From positions 1 through 31,061 of the IMG/VR virus record IMGVR_UViG_3300048880_000152: a DNA stretch of 31,061 nucleotides. One strand, given 5' to 3'. Under the pieces are notes generated by a model. It made no database searches. It was not told the origin of the DNA and worked only from the letters and a program-made list of their open reading frames with translations. Numbering within the stretch: position 1 is the first letter of the stretch; the number at the start of each line of letters is the position of its first letter. Shown here in pieces: positions 1-8,667 of this stretch. This stretch comes from a virus. Its lineage: Duplodnaviria > Caudoviricetes. A program made the position numbers and the translations under genes.

Positions 1-2
1 AT

Positions 3-1982
3 TTGAGTTATTGGCAGAGCCAGGCGGAGTCGGCTCGTGAGAGTCGTCGGAACGAATGGCCGGGCAAGGGGACGAACGGGCAGAAGGAAGGTCCGGACGC
101 CTTCCCTTGGCAAGGGGCATCTGATTTAGAGGCAAATCTTATAAATCCTTTGATCGACGGGGACGTGGCGTTATTGACGGGCAGCCTGAACAAGGGGAAT
201 CTACTCGCCTCGCCAATCGAGTCCGGCGACATTACTACGGCCAAGACCGTTACGGACTTCATGCGTTGGAGGCTCGACTCGATGTCGGAGCTTCCACGGG
301 AAGCGGGAGTCGCGGCGAATCTATTGCTCGAACAGGGCATCGCCTTTCTGGGCGTGTACTGGAAGCGGGAAATAAAACGAGTTTACAAGCCTATCTCAAT
401 CGCGGAGATCGAGCAGCAAGCCCCGGAAGTGGCTGCGGCCATCCTCGATCCTGACATGAAGGAGACGGTCGTCGAGATGTTGCAGGGAGTATTCCCGAAC
501 CTTCGCAAGGGGCGAATTACCCGGATGGTAAATGAGCTTCGGAAGGATGGAACTACGGAGATTCCTTCGGAGAAGGTAACGGCCAACCGCCCCTCGGTAA
601 AGGCGTATGAGCTGGGCCGCGACTTGATCGTGGACTCGAACGTGCTGGACTTGCAGAACGCCAGAGCGGTTTACTGCGTTCATTATCTCACGCCCGAGCA
701 GGCCAAGGCGATGGAGACGACTGCGGGCTGGGATTCGGACTTCGTGGACGACGTGATAGAAAATACGCAGGGGGCGTTTCCGGCTCAAGGAACGGAGGTA
801 TATAATACTTACGTTACGGGCGGCTACGGCTCGCTGGATCAGTACGAGGGCTTGATTCGCCTCATTACCTGTTACAGGAAAGAAATCGACGAGGACGGCG
901 TCCCGATTTGTACGACGACCATTTTCAGCGAGTCGGTCGAAGGGTATGCCAAGTATACTACAGACATGTACGGCGATGGCTATCCATTCGTCGCAATAAC
1001 TCGCGAACACTTGTCCCGCAGGCTGTTCGACAGCCGGGGCTATCCCGAATTACTTCGCTCCTACCAGTTGGCCGTAAAGACCGAGATGGACGCTCGAAGA
1101 GACAGGGCGAGCATGTCTACCGTCCCGCCTATGGAAGTGCTTATCGGCAGAAAGCCCGAGCAGGTCGGACCCGGTTCTGTAATACCTGTCCGCCGGCGAG
1201 GCGAAGTCGGCTTCATGGAAATTCCGAAATACTCGCCTGCATCCACCGAGGTGGAAATGCAGCTCCGCCAACTGGCCGACAAAGTGACTGGCAGGGCGAC
1301 AAGCGAAGCGGATGCCGTCGAGGCGAACGTTATGCGTCAAGCATTGGTCAACAACTGGCTGCACGGCTGGACACAGGTACTTCGCCAGTTCTGGGCGATG
1401 GAAAGGCAGTATGGAAATCCTGAACAGTGGTTCAGAGTTACCGGCTCGGAGCAGGGCGTTCAGCTTCTCATGGACGAGGCGGCGGACGACTATGACTTTC
1501 GCCTGTCATGGAATGCGAATAATGCGGATGAAGCGGCAGTCGTCAAAAAGCTTGAGACTGTCGGCACGATCCTTTCTCAATTCGATAGAAGCGGGCAAGC
1601 TCGCTACGACGTTTTCCTCCAGACTTTCCTAGAGGCAATCGATCCGGGGCTTGCCTCGAAATTGATAGCTCCTGCGCAGGAAGCCACGAACAAGGAGATC
1701 ATGGAGACGAGCGAGGACATCGCAAAAATCTTCAGCGGTCAGGTCGTAAATGCTCCTGAAAATGCCAACGTTCAGCTAAGAATGCAAATGCTACAGCAGT
1801 ACATGCAGGGGACGGAAGAAATCCCTGCATCGGACGTTCAGGAAAGAATGCAAACCGACGAACAGTTTGCGGCCAGACTTAAAAATTATGCTTCTCAATT
1901 AGAGTTCCAGCAGACTCAACAGAGAAACGCGCTCACGGGCCAGCTAGGAGCGCCGCCCGGCAACGTTCCGGCGACTGGTTGA
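3..1982 (+). CDS. Portal (head-tail connector) protein, probably 5'-truncated by the window edge
   Basis: 659-aa open frame from the window start, ahead of scaffold and capsid genes. Podovirus portal-like segments (FPWQGASD, YPFVAITRE...SRGYPELL, KTEMDARRDRAS) and a Gln-rich C-terminus. Confidence 0.85.
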   Translation: MSYWQSQAESARESRRNEWPGKGTNGQKEGPDAFPWQGASDLEANLINPLIDGDVALLTGSLNKGNLLASPIESGDITTAKTVTDFMRWRLDSMSELPREAGVAANLLLEQGIAFLGVYWKREIKRVYKPISIAEIEQQAPEVAAAILDPDMKETVVEMLQGVFPNLRKGRITRMVNELRKDGTTEIPSEKVTANRPSVKAYELGRDLIVDSNVLDLQNARAVYCVHYLTPEQAKAMETTAGWDSDFVDDVIENTQGAFPAQGTEVYNTYVTGGYGSLDQYEGLIRLITCYRKEIDEDGVPICTTTIFSESVEGYAKYTTDMYGDGYPFVAITREHLSRRLFDSRGYPELLRSYQLAVKTEMDARRDRASMSTVPPMEVLIGRKPEQVGPGSVIPVRRRGEVGFMEIPKYSPASTEVEMQLRQLADKVTGRATSEADAVEANVMRQALVNNWLHGWTQVLRQFWAMERQYGNPEQWFRVTGSEQGVQLLMDEAADDYDFRLSWNANNADEAAVVKKLETVGTILSQFDRSGQARYDVFLQTFLEAIDPGLASKLIAPAQEATNKEIMETSEDIAKIFSGQVVNAPENANVQLRMQMLQQYMQGTEEIPASDVQERMQTDEQFAARLKNYASQLEFQQTQQRNALTGQLGAPPGNVPATG

Positions 1983-2107
1983 TGGGCCACGTCCAGAAAG
2001 AGCTTTATTTACTGGTAGTTTTTTCAATGTTCTTCTTCGAGCGCGAGGCCATTACCGACGTTCTTTTCCTAATCCTCGCTCAAATCGCTAAAATATTTTT
2101 CACATGA
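1982..2107 (+). CDS. Small hydrophobic protein (41 aa, MGHVQKELYLLVVFSMFFFEREAITDVLFLILAQIAKIFFT)
   Basis: Translated by hand. TGATG overlap with the portal stop and ATGA overlap with the next start, so it fills the gap exactly. Confidence 0.65.
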   Translation: MGHVQKELYLLVVFSMFFFEREAITDVLFLILAQIAKIFFT

Positions 2108-2313
2108 CTTTAACGGAAGCTTTAAAACAGATGCGCGCGCGCGAGGACTGGGACGTCATCGTCGGATACGTTCGCACCGAGCTGGAAACGGCGATGCTGG
2201 ATTTTCAGTCGCCCGATCAGATCGACAATCCTCAGAAATTGGCTCGACTGGCCGGAGAGATCGCGGCCTTAGATCGGCTGATTCGAGTCTTCAGTCATGC
2301 CGAGGAGGACTAA
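2104..2313 (+). CDS. Hypothetical protein (69 aa), small post-portal protein
   Basis: Coupled ORF with an LARLAGEIAALD helix. Small ORFs are usual at this position after podovirus portals. Confidence 0.7.
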   Translation: MTLTEALKQMRAREDWDVIVGYVRTELETAMLDFQSPDQIDNPQKLARLAGEIAALDRLIRVFSHAEED

Positions 2314-2488
2314 TCTAACGCCGCATGAGCAGTTTGCTCACGAAGTGCGGGCTTTGCTCCATCGATATTTAGAAGAGTCGGACCTCGACGACTATACCCT
2401 TGCCGAAATTATGGAACACGCCCTCGGCCAGTGGATGAACGAGGACGTGGTCGATTTTTCGGGCGACATGGACCTCGATGACGGCTGA
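2297..2488 (+). CDS. Hypothetical acidic protein (63 aa)
   Basis: Overlaps both neighbours by a few codons and tiles the operon. Confidence 0.6.
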   Translation: MPRRTNLTPHEQFAHEVRALLHRYLEESDLDDYTLAEIMEHALGQWMNEDVVDFSGDMDLDDG

Positions 2489-2873
2489 TTACCGGGATTC
2501 GGCGAAATCGCAGGGCAGCTACTACGAGAGCCTGTTTACGACTGAATGCCTGAAGCGGGGCATCGCGGTCAGCCAGCCCGAAGGGGATTATTTGCCCTAC
2601 GACGTCATCACTGATAGCCGGCTCGGCCTGAAAAGAGTTCAGATCAAAGGAACGCGCTACCGCGAAAACAGCGGCTACAAGGTGGTCATCGCCAGCTATG
2701 CCCCGGACGCTTTCGACTTCATGGCCCTGTACGTCGACCAGCCTGACTTTCGGGCGTGGTACGTATTCCCGAAAGCCCTCCCCGGAAAGGCCAAGGCGGT
2801 AAAATTGTTTCCGCACAACCCGACGAGCAAGGGAAAATACGAGCCGTACAAGGCCGCCTTCCACCTCCTGTAA
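2478..2873 (+). CDS. PD-(D/E)XK endonuclease, group I intron-associated (I-Ssp6803I-like) family
   Basis: Pattern G..E......LKRG..VS.P.GD..PYD.I.D......RVQIK followed by FDFMALY. Confidence 0.8.
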   Translation: MTADYRDSAKSQGSYYESLFTTECLKRGIAVSQPEGDYLPYDVITDSRLGLKRVQIKGTRYRENSGYKVVIASYAPDAFDFMALYVDQPDFRAWYVFPKALPGKAKAVKLFPHNPTSKGKYEPYKAAFHLL

Positions 2874-2900
2874 AGTCGATGAAAAATTAGCCGGCCAAAG

Positions 2901-2909
2901 TGCTAAGAT
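2901..2909 (+). promoter_or_regulatory. Candidate extended -10 promoter (TGcTAAGAT) upstream of scaffold/capsid
   Basis: TGn plus TAAGAT in the intergenic gap, with no well-spaced -35. The same motif recurs at 24150-24158. Confidence 0.35.
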
Positions 2910-2965
2910 TAAATCCGGCGGACCTAGTCCGCAGGTAAGACGGCGAACTTCAAAAAAACGCAGAT

Positions 2966-3964
2966 ATGGATACGGAAACAATTACTACCGAGGCTCCGGG
3001 TAAAGACACGGGAGCAGAAGACGATAGCGCAGGCAATCCGACCACGGTCGAGGATTTGGCAAACTCATTTATCGAGAGAGTCGAAGAATCGCCCGAACCG
3101 GACACGCCCGAATCCGAGGCCAGTGAAACGGCAGAAGCGGAGGAGGGGGACGCCGCAGACGTTCTTTCACAGTCAAAGTCCGAGGAAGAGGAAGCGGAAG
3201 AGGACTCGGAGGCCGAAGAGGCCGAAGAGGAATCGGAAGTCGAACCGCCCAAGGGTTTGGGAAAGCTTTTGAAACAGGTAAGTCGGTTGACTAGCCGGGC
3301 CAAAGGCAGCGAGGAGAAAGTCGAGGCCTTACAGGCCGAGATCGCCACCTTGAAATCCCAACCGCAAGAGCAGGCATCGCCGCAAGGCTCGCCGGCGCTT
3401 GAGGAGATAGCCGATCTGGCGAGTCTGGAAAAGGTTCGTCAGGAAGCCATCGCCGCAAAGAAATGGGCAGTTCAACATCTAGGAAAGGATTACGTCGAGG
3501 ACGGGGACAAAGAGTATACCGGAGATGAAATCCGCGAGATATTCGGAGCCGCCGACGATTACCTTACCGAGAAAATTCCGCAGCGGGCGCAATTCCTACA
3601 GGCGAAGCAGCAGTGGGCATCGGACACGAGTTCGACCTTCACTTTCTTAGCCGAGCAGGAGGGCGAAAGCTACGAGCTTTACCAGCAGGTCCGGAATGGC
3701 CCGCAGTACAAGCAGATGCTGGACGGCCTACCTAACGGGGATTTCGTAGCCGCTACTCTGGTAACGGGGATACAGGCACTGAAAGCCGAGTCGAAGGGGA
3801 AGAAGCCGGCCAAAAAGCGGTCCGCAAAAACTCCGCCGACAACGCTCGAAGAATCAGTAGCTCCGCCGCCACAACCGAAGGACGACAGACAGAAAAAGAG
3901 GGTCAAGGACGCGATTGCAGGGGGAAACATATCAGCAGACCAATTCGCAGACTTACTTACTTAA
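2966..3964 (+). CDS. Capsid scaffolding protein
   Basis: Very acidic low-complexity N-terminus, coiled-coil middle and basic C-terminal part, directly upstream of the capsid gene. Confidence 0.8.
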   Translation: MDTETITTEAPGKDTGAEDDSAGNPTTVEDLANSFIERVEESPEPDTPESEASETAEAEEGDAADVLSQSKSEEEEAEEDSEAEEAEEESEVEPPKGLGKLLKQVSRLTSRAKGSEEKVEALQAEIATLKSQPQEQASPQGSPALEEIADLASLEKVRQEAIAAKKWAVQHLGKDYVEDGDKEYTGDEIREIFGAADDYLTEKIPQRAQFLQAKQQWASDTSSTFTFLAEQEGESYELYQQVRNGPQYKQMLDGLPNGDFVAATLVTGIQALKAESKGKKPAKKRSAKTPPTTLEESVAPPPQPKDDRQKKRVKDAIAGGNISADQFADLLT

Positions 3965-3994
3965 TCATTTAAAATTCAATAGGAAAACAAAATT

Positions 3995-5233
3995 ATGGCC
4001 GTAGCAACTAGTTACAATGTAACAGCAACACAAGGCGCGCGTGAGTCGCTCGCCAACACGCTCCGATTCGTCGAGCCGACCACCACGCCCCTATATTCTA
4101 CACTTAAACAGTCCGCCGCGCCGAAGGCAGTCCTGACCGAGTGGTTAGCCGATGTCCTCAGTGCGCCGGAGCTAGGCGGAACGCTCGACGGCACTGATCT
4201 CGACTTCAGCACCGACTTCACTGACCAAATAAATTCTCGAGTTCGCCTAGGCAACCGGGTCCAGACAGCCAGAAATGCGTACGCCGTTTCACGTCAGGCT
4301 CAGATGATTTCAGTCGCGCCGGGCGAAAGTCTCACGGCAGCCTCCAAGGCTAAGAGTCTTCTGGAGCTTAAACGCTCGCTGGAAGCCATCATCGGCTCGG
4401 GCGCGTCTCAACGCACAGGCTCAGGATCAGTAAAAGCCCTGTCCCAAGGACTAGGCGTTTGGTCCGATCCGGCCGCAGTAGCAGCCGACGTTCCGGCCAG
4501 TGTTCGCTCGGTCAGCGGCAGTCGGTTTAACCTGACTGAATCTTCCGGGGGGGATACGATGGCCGAATCCGACCTTCGCGCACTGCTCCAAGCGGTTTAC
4601 GAGGCAAGCGGGACTAAGACCGATTACCGACTTTTTGCCGGCCCAAATTGTGTCAACGAAATTTCGGATTTTTCGAGAGCTGACGCCGGGTCTTCGACTT
4701 TCAATCAAGAAGTCGGAGGAGGTCGTTTGACCCTCAGTATCACAGAATATAACTCATCGTACGGCAGTTTAAAGGTCATACCGGACCTCTTCTTAGGTAG
4801 AGAAGAGTCGAAAGCAATAACTGCTTCGACCTCCGCTTCGCCTTCCGTAATAACGTCCGCCGCGCATGGGTTGACCAATGGCGATCAGATAACGATTACT
4901 AATTCGCTAATCAACACGGCGATCAATGGCATCCGCCTAGTAACAAATGCCACTACCGACACGTTCAAAACTACGGACACGTCGGGGGCCGCAATCAACG
5001 GCAACGGCACTGGAACTACTGGCGAATGGGTTCGAGAAACAAACACTACCGAATCGGTATTAAACTCGAATCGCGCATATCTCTTGCCCGGCGACGACAC
5101 AGTCAGCCTCAAGTTCTTGGAAGGGATTACCAGTCAGGACTTGCCCGACCTCGGAGCCGGACCAAGAGCCTTCGTGGAAGCGATGATAACGCTTTGCGTT
5201 ACCAATCCTCGCGCACTCGGATCGATAGTTTAG
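3995..5233 (+). CDS. Major capsid protein (DUF5309/SU10-like) with an inserted beta-rich domain
   Basis: RESL...P..TP...EWLAD.L, R.RLGN.VQ, ELKRSLE and Y.SSYG.LKVIPDLFL motifs. Lies after the scaffold and before a strong terminator. Confidence 0.85.
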   Translation: MAVATSYNVTATQGARESLANTLRFVEPTTTPLYSTLKQSAAPKAVLTEWLADVLSAPELGGTLDGTDLDFSTDFTDQINSRVRLGNRVQTARNAYAVSRQAQMISVAPGESLTAASKAKSLLELKRSLEAIIGSGASQRTGSGSVKALSQGLGVWSDPAAVAADVPASVRSVSGSRFNLTESSGGDTMAESDLRALLQAVYEASGTKTDYRLFAGPNCVNEISDFSRADAGSSTFNQEVGGGRLTLSITEYNSSYGSLKVIPDLFLGREESKAITASTSASPSVITSAAHGLTNGDQITITNSLINTAINGIRLVTNATTDTFKTTDTSGAAINGNGTGTTGEWVRETNTTESVLNSNRAYLLPGDDTVSLKFLEGITSQDLPDLGAGPRAFVEAMITLCVTNPRALGSIV

Positions 5234-5261
5234 TTTTACAGTTTTAGGGATGGGTTTAATA

Positions 5262-5300
5262 GGGGGCCGGCTTTGGGGAAGGCCGGCTCCCTTTTTTTTT
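5262..5300 (+). terminator. Rho-independent terminator after the capsid gene
   Basis: 13-bp stem GGGGGCCGGCTTT/AAGGCCGGCTCCC (two G-U pairs), GGGG loop, then nine Ts. Confidence 0.92.
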
Positions 5301-5318
5301 AACAGTTAATTGGCGTAA

Positions 5319-5627
5319 ATGAGTGTTAATATAATCGTAAGAAAAGGCCCGAAGCGAGGCCGAGTAAGCGATTCCGAAGTTTCGGAGTCATTGGCAAAGC
5401 GAATCGACCGCGAGCAGGCTCAAGAAAAGGCGGGCTATCGGGATCGGATGCGAAAGATTCGCGCTCACGCCGACAAGAACGTTCGGGGGGGCGGAGACTT
5501 CAAGCCCGCCGCAGTTTACGACATGGCGACTTACATGCGGCATGAGCAGCAGAATCCGGGCTGTATGTCGGATGCCACTTACAAGCGTGAATTTCTCCGC
5601 GACAATCCCGAATGCAAGCTCGATTAG
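5319..5627 (+). CDS. Hypothetical phage protein (102 aa)
   Basis: First ORF after the terminator, ending EFLRDNPEC; abuts the next start. Confidence 0.75.
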   Translation: MSVNIIVRKGPKRGRVSDSEVSESLAKRIDREQAQEKAGYRDRMRKIRAHADKNVRGGGDFKPAAVYDMATYMRHEQQNPGCMSDATYKREFLRDNPECKLD

Positions 5628-6263
5628 ATGCGAGTCGTAACTTACAGCGATTTCAAGGACAGGTACACTTCGGCAATCGGAGTGGACACGCTCCTTGCCA
5701 CAGAGGAGACGGCCCTCAAGAGGAGCCTGAATGACAGAGTTCGCGGAGCATGGACAAGGTCCAAATGGCCCGAGCTGATAAACGTTTTGACGAAGACTGT
5801 CGCCGCAGTTTCGTCCGCCACTTTAAAGGCCGACAAGGCCGTCCAGATCGACGATGACGACAACCTATTCGACGTATACGCCGTCTGGGACAAAGTCCCT
5901 TGGGAGGATAGAACCGCGAGGCAAATAAGCTACAGCCTGCTGGGCGGTTGGCTGGTCCTGCCGGCGGACACTTCGGAAACGACCGTCTACGTAGTCGGAT
6001 CGCAAGTTCCGAGCAATGACTATGGCGGGGCGGAAACGGACCTTCCGCAATTCCTCGAAAGGCATCTACTCTCTGCCGCAATCGCAGACCATTATCGGGC
6101 TGAAGCCCAGAACGAAAAGAGCAATCTAGAGGAGCAAAAGGCAGAGGAATATTTGCTTCAGGAAATCGACAGGGTCGAACGCCTCCAGCAACAAAATAGA
6201 ATCGTCATCAATTCCTATCCGGCCATTTGGCCAACAGTTTTAATCACGCAAACCACGGTATAA
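5628..6263 (+). CDS. Putative head-tail adaptor (tail tubular protein A-like)
   Basis: About 210 aa, position after capsid, helical N-terminus with WTRSKWP and C-terminal LPQFLERHL...AIAD. Function inferred from synteny. Confidence 0.6.
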   Translation: MRVVTYSDFKDRYTSAIGVDTLLATEETALKRSLNDRVRGAWTRSKWPELINVLTKTVAAVSSATLKADKAVQIDDDDNLFDVYAVWDKVPWEDRTARQISYSLLGGWLVLPADTSETTVYVVGSQVPSNDYGGAETDLPQFLERHLLSAAIADHYRAEAQNEKSNLEEQKAEEYLLQEIDRVERLQQQNRIVINSYPAIWPTVLITQTTV

Positions 6264-6264
6264 A

Positions 6265-6519
6265 ATGGGACAAGTAACAGTTTACAATCTTAGCGGCGGA
6301 GGAGGCTCGCTTTACATAAAAGACACGGCGGCTCACGCCGGGGATTTCTTCGCGCTCCAATGTACGGCGACAACGGTTTTCGCAGACCTGACTGGTAATA
6401 TGGAAAATGAAACGAATTTCATAGTGGACGCCACGGAATTCGCCGCCGGCACGGTAATATATGGCCGTTATTCTTCAATTTCGCTGACTTCCGGAAGCGT
6501 AATCGCATACAAGGCTTAG
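6265..6519 (+). CDS. Small virion structural protein (84 aa)
   Basis: Beta-rich ORF ending AGTVIYGRYSSISLTSGSVIAYK, within the structural operon. Confidence 0.65.
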   Translation: MGQVTVYNLSGGGGSLYIKDTAAHAGDFFALQCTATTVFADLTGNMENETNFIVDATEFAAGTVIYGRYSSISLTSGSVIAYKA

Positions 6520-6520
6520 T

Positions 6521-6757
6521 ATGCCCATAGCAGGCATATCTTTAGGCACGGGCCTAGGCGGAGGGACTGCCGCGACGATTAGCGGTTCGCCGTCTGGCGG
6601 CGGGGCTGCCGTGTTCATCGTAGGCGTAGTGGACACGCAAGCTAACATTCTCGCACGTTCCAGCGATAACGCAGGGACTATAGCCTACGGAACGGATACG
6701 GATAATTTCTACGTATTCGACGGTGCGCTCTGGTTTAACTATCCGGAACAACAATAA
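6521..6757 (+). CDS. Small tail-fibre-associated protein (78 aa)
   Basis: Gly-rich N-terminus plus a GTIAYGTDT...YVFDG..W module shared with the next gene. Confidence 0.65.
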   Translation: MPIAGISLGTGLGGGTAATISGSPSGGGAAVFIVGVVDTQANILARSSDNAGTIAYGTDTDNFYVFDGALWFNYPEQQ

Positions 6758-6762
6758 TTATT

Positions 6763-7755
6763 ATGTCAACGTTACAAACATGCACTTCTAGCACTCGCCC
6801 GACACACGGCGCGGGAGTTATCGCCTACGAAACGGACACCACGCGAACAATAATCTCGGACGGATCAAATTGGCATCTTTACATGCCGGATTTATTTTCA
6901 CGGGCAACTTGCGTATTTTCCCTCCGTCAAATCGTTCCGGATTACACCGGCAACTGCGTGAAGGTACGCCGATCCAGCGACGACGGCGAGGCGGACATAG
7001 GTTTTACCGACACGGGAGTGCTAGACCAAGCGGCGCTTCTAACGCACACCGGGACTACCGGAAGCGACACGGGATACGTCGTCACATGGTACGACCAAGG
7101 GCCGTATGGTATGGACGGTACGATGTCTACCGCCGCGCAACAGCCTGTCATCGTATCGGCGGGGGCGGTAGTCGTAAGCAACTCCAAACCGTCCATTCAG
7201 TTCGGCGGCGTAACGTGGCTAAAAAGCGTTGTTCGCGTTACGTGGACTCCGAACACGCAATGCTGGAACAACAAGACCGGTTCGCCCACGGCGGGTCTAG
7301 CGGTATGCGAATTGACGGTTGGCGGCGGCACGCAAAGCGAAATGCTTATGGGTACAGCCGTGACAGGAGATAGCTATAGTTATCGCTATGGCGATAATAT
7401 CGGGGCTTACGGCACAAGCGGGAACATTTATTTCCGAAGAACTCAAGCCGTTAATAGTGTGGGCATCACACTAGACTCCTCTGCGGCATTGGTCAGCAAC
7501 ACTCAATCCATCGCGTGGTGGAATTATGACGGCACTACTACCGGTATTTCCTCTGACGGAGGTTCGGAAGTAACGACTACCACGGCCCCAAACCTATATA
7601 CCGGCTACACACAGCAATGCATTGGATCGGGGAACGGAAGCGGCTACGATTCATGGGAAGGAAAAATCTCGGAGCTAGTATTCTATCAAGTGGGGCGGGC
7701 ATCGCAGAAAGCCGCCATACTCGCCAACGTCAACACCTTCTACGGGACATATTAA
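6763..7755 (+). CDS. Tail fibre/receptor-binding protein with a concanavalin A-like (LamG/arabinofuranosidase B-like) domain
   Basis: FSLR...YTG..VKVRRSSD..EADIGF, GYVVTWYDQ, QP.IVS.G and C-terminal GKISELVFY. Confidence 0.7.
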   Translation: MSTLQTCTSSTRPTHGAGVIAYETDTTRTIISDGSNWHLYMPDLFSRATCVFSLRQIVPDYTGNCVKVRRSSDDGEADIGFTDTGVLDQAALLTHTGTTGSDTGYVVTWYDQGPYGMDGTMSTAAQQPVIVSAGAVVVSNSKPSIQFGGVTWLKSVVRVTWTPNTQCWNNKTGSPTAGLAVCELTVGGGTQSEMLMGTAVTGDSYSYRYGDNIGAYGTSGNIYFRRTQAVNSVGITLDSSAALVSNTQSIAWWNYDGTTTGISSDGGSEVTTTTAPNLYTGYTQQCIGSGNGSGYDSWEGKISELVFYQVGRASQKAAILANVNTFYGTY

Positions 7756-7756
7756 G

Positions 7757-7975
7757 ATGACACTCAAAGGCTATCGGTACTCGACGAAAACAGCGGCAAC
7801 GGCGGCGCAGGACGAACTAAACGAACAGTTTGGTTTTCCGGCCGGGGACACGCTCCGGGCAGTGGGCGTGGAAAAGCACGATGGAAAATGGTACATTCGT
7901 TGGGACGCTACCTACGCCTCACAGCTAGGAGAGCCTACCGACTACGAGTTGCCGGACCCACCTCCGATTGAATGA
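7757..7975 (+). CDS. Hypothetical protein (72 aa), possible fibre accessory or chaperone
   Basis: Coupled ORF directly after the fibre gene. Confidence 0.6.
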   Translation: MTLKGYRYSTKTAATAAQDELNEQFGFPAGDTLRAVGVEKHDGKWYIRWDATYASQLGEPTDYELPDPPPIE

Positions 7976-8394
7976 GGCTTCTCGCCACAATGACTTTAGC
8001 CATGCTCACTTTGTCCGGATGCTCCCGAACCGGTTTTTACGCTCCTCTCGGCGCGACTGTCGGCGGGGCCGTGGGAGCGGTTGGCGGTCCAGTAGCCTCC
8101 GGAGGCGGCGCGCTGATAGGATGGTCCGTAGGCAAAGGGGCGGCCCTCGTAGAGGAGAACAAGGATTTAGTCAGTACCGTGGATGCCTTGAGCCGGGGCG
8201 ACGTGTCAGCGATTGTCTCGGCCCAGATGAAGGGCCAGCAAAGTACCATCGAGAAGGCTACGGATACGATCTGGACGGCCCTGAAAGTCGCCGCTCTCTG
8301 TATACTCGGAGTTCTAGCCATCCCTCTTTTCATTACCCGGTCGAACACGAAGAAAATTAACAAAATTTGCGAGAAAAATGACAAAGCTACTTGA
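7972..8394 (+). CDS. Lipoprotein with glycine zipper and C-terminal transmembrane helix (unimolecular spanin-like topology)
   Basis: Signal peptide ending in lipobox LSGC, GxxxG repeats, and hydrophobic VAALCILGVLAIPLFI followed by a basic tail. Confidence 0.6.
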   Translation: MRLLATMTLAMLTLSGCSRTGFYAPLGATVGGAVGAVGGPVASGGGALIGWSVGKGAALVEENKDLVSTVDALSRGDVSAIVSAQMKGQQSTIEKATDTIWTALKVAALCILGVLAIPLFITRSNTKKINKICEKNDKAT

Positions 8395-8524
8395 AATCTT
8401 TAACGGCCTTTCCAAGAGGGGCAAAATTCTAACGGGCTTCGCGCTTATCATAGTTGCCATAGCCGTAATCGAACTATTCAGCGGATGCTCGAACCTCGAA
8501 CTAGCGAAAACGTGGAAATTCTAG
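8378..8524 (+). CDS. Small membrane protein or lipopeptide (48 aa, MTKLLEIFNGLSKRGKILTGFALIIVAIAVIELFSGCSNLELAKTWKF)
   Basis: Translated by hand. Basic residues, a hydrophobic stretch, then FSGC; fills the gap between neighbours. Confidence 0.6.
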   Translation: MTKLLEIFNGLSKRGKILTGFALIIVAIAVIELFSGCSNLELAKTWKF

Positions 8525-8667
8525 CCGACCGCACGATCTGGGGGGGCATAGGCGGCCTCGTAACTGCCACTGGCCTAGCCCAGTGGAGCCATCTGGCGAG
8601 CCTTATAGCCGCCTGCTGCACCGCCGTATTCATGTGCATCCGCATCTACCAAGTGCTTAAAAAGTGA
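8512..8667 (+). CDS. Holin-like small membrane protein
   Basis: Probable GTG start at 8512 (ORF track starts at 8485). Two hydrophobic segments and a basic C-terminus (RIYQVLKK). Confidence 0.5.
   Translation: MEILADRTIWGGIGGLVTATGLAQWSHLASLIAACCTAVFMCIRIYQVLKK

Noticed and set aside
5310-5335. TTGGCG...TATAAT sigma70 promoter
   Set aside because: The spacer is only 14 nt and the -10 lies inside the probable coding start.
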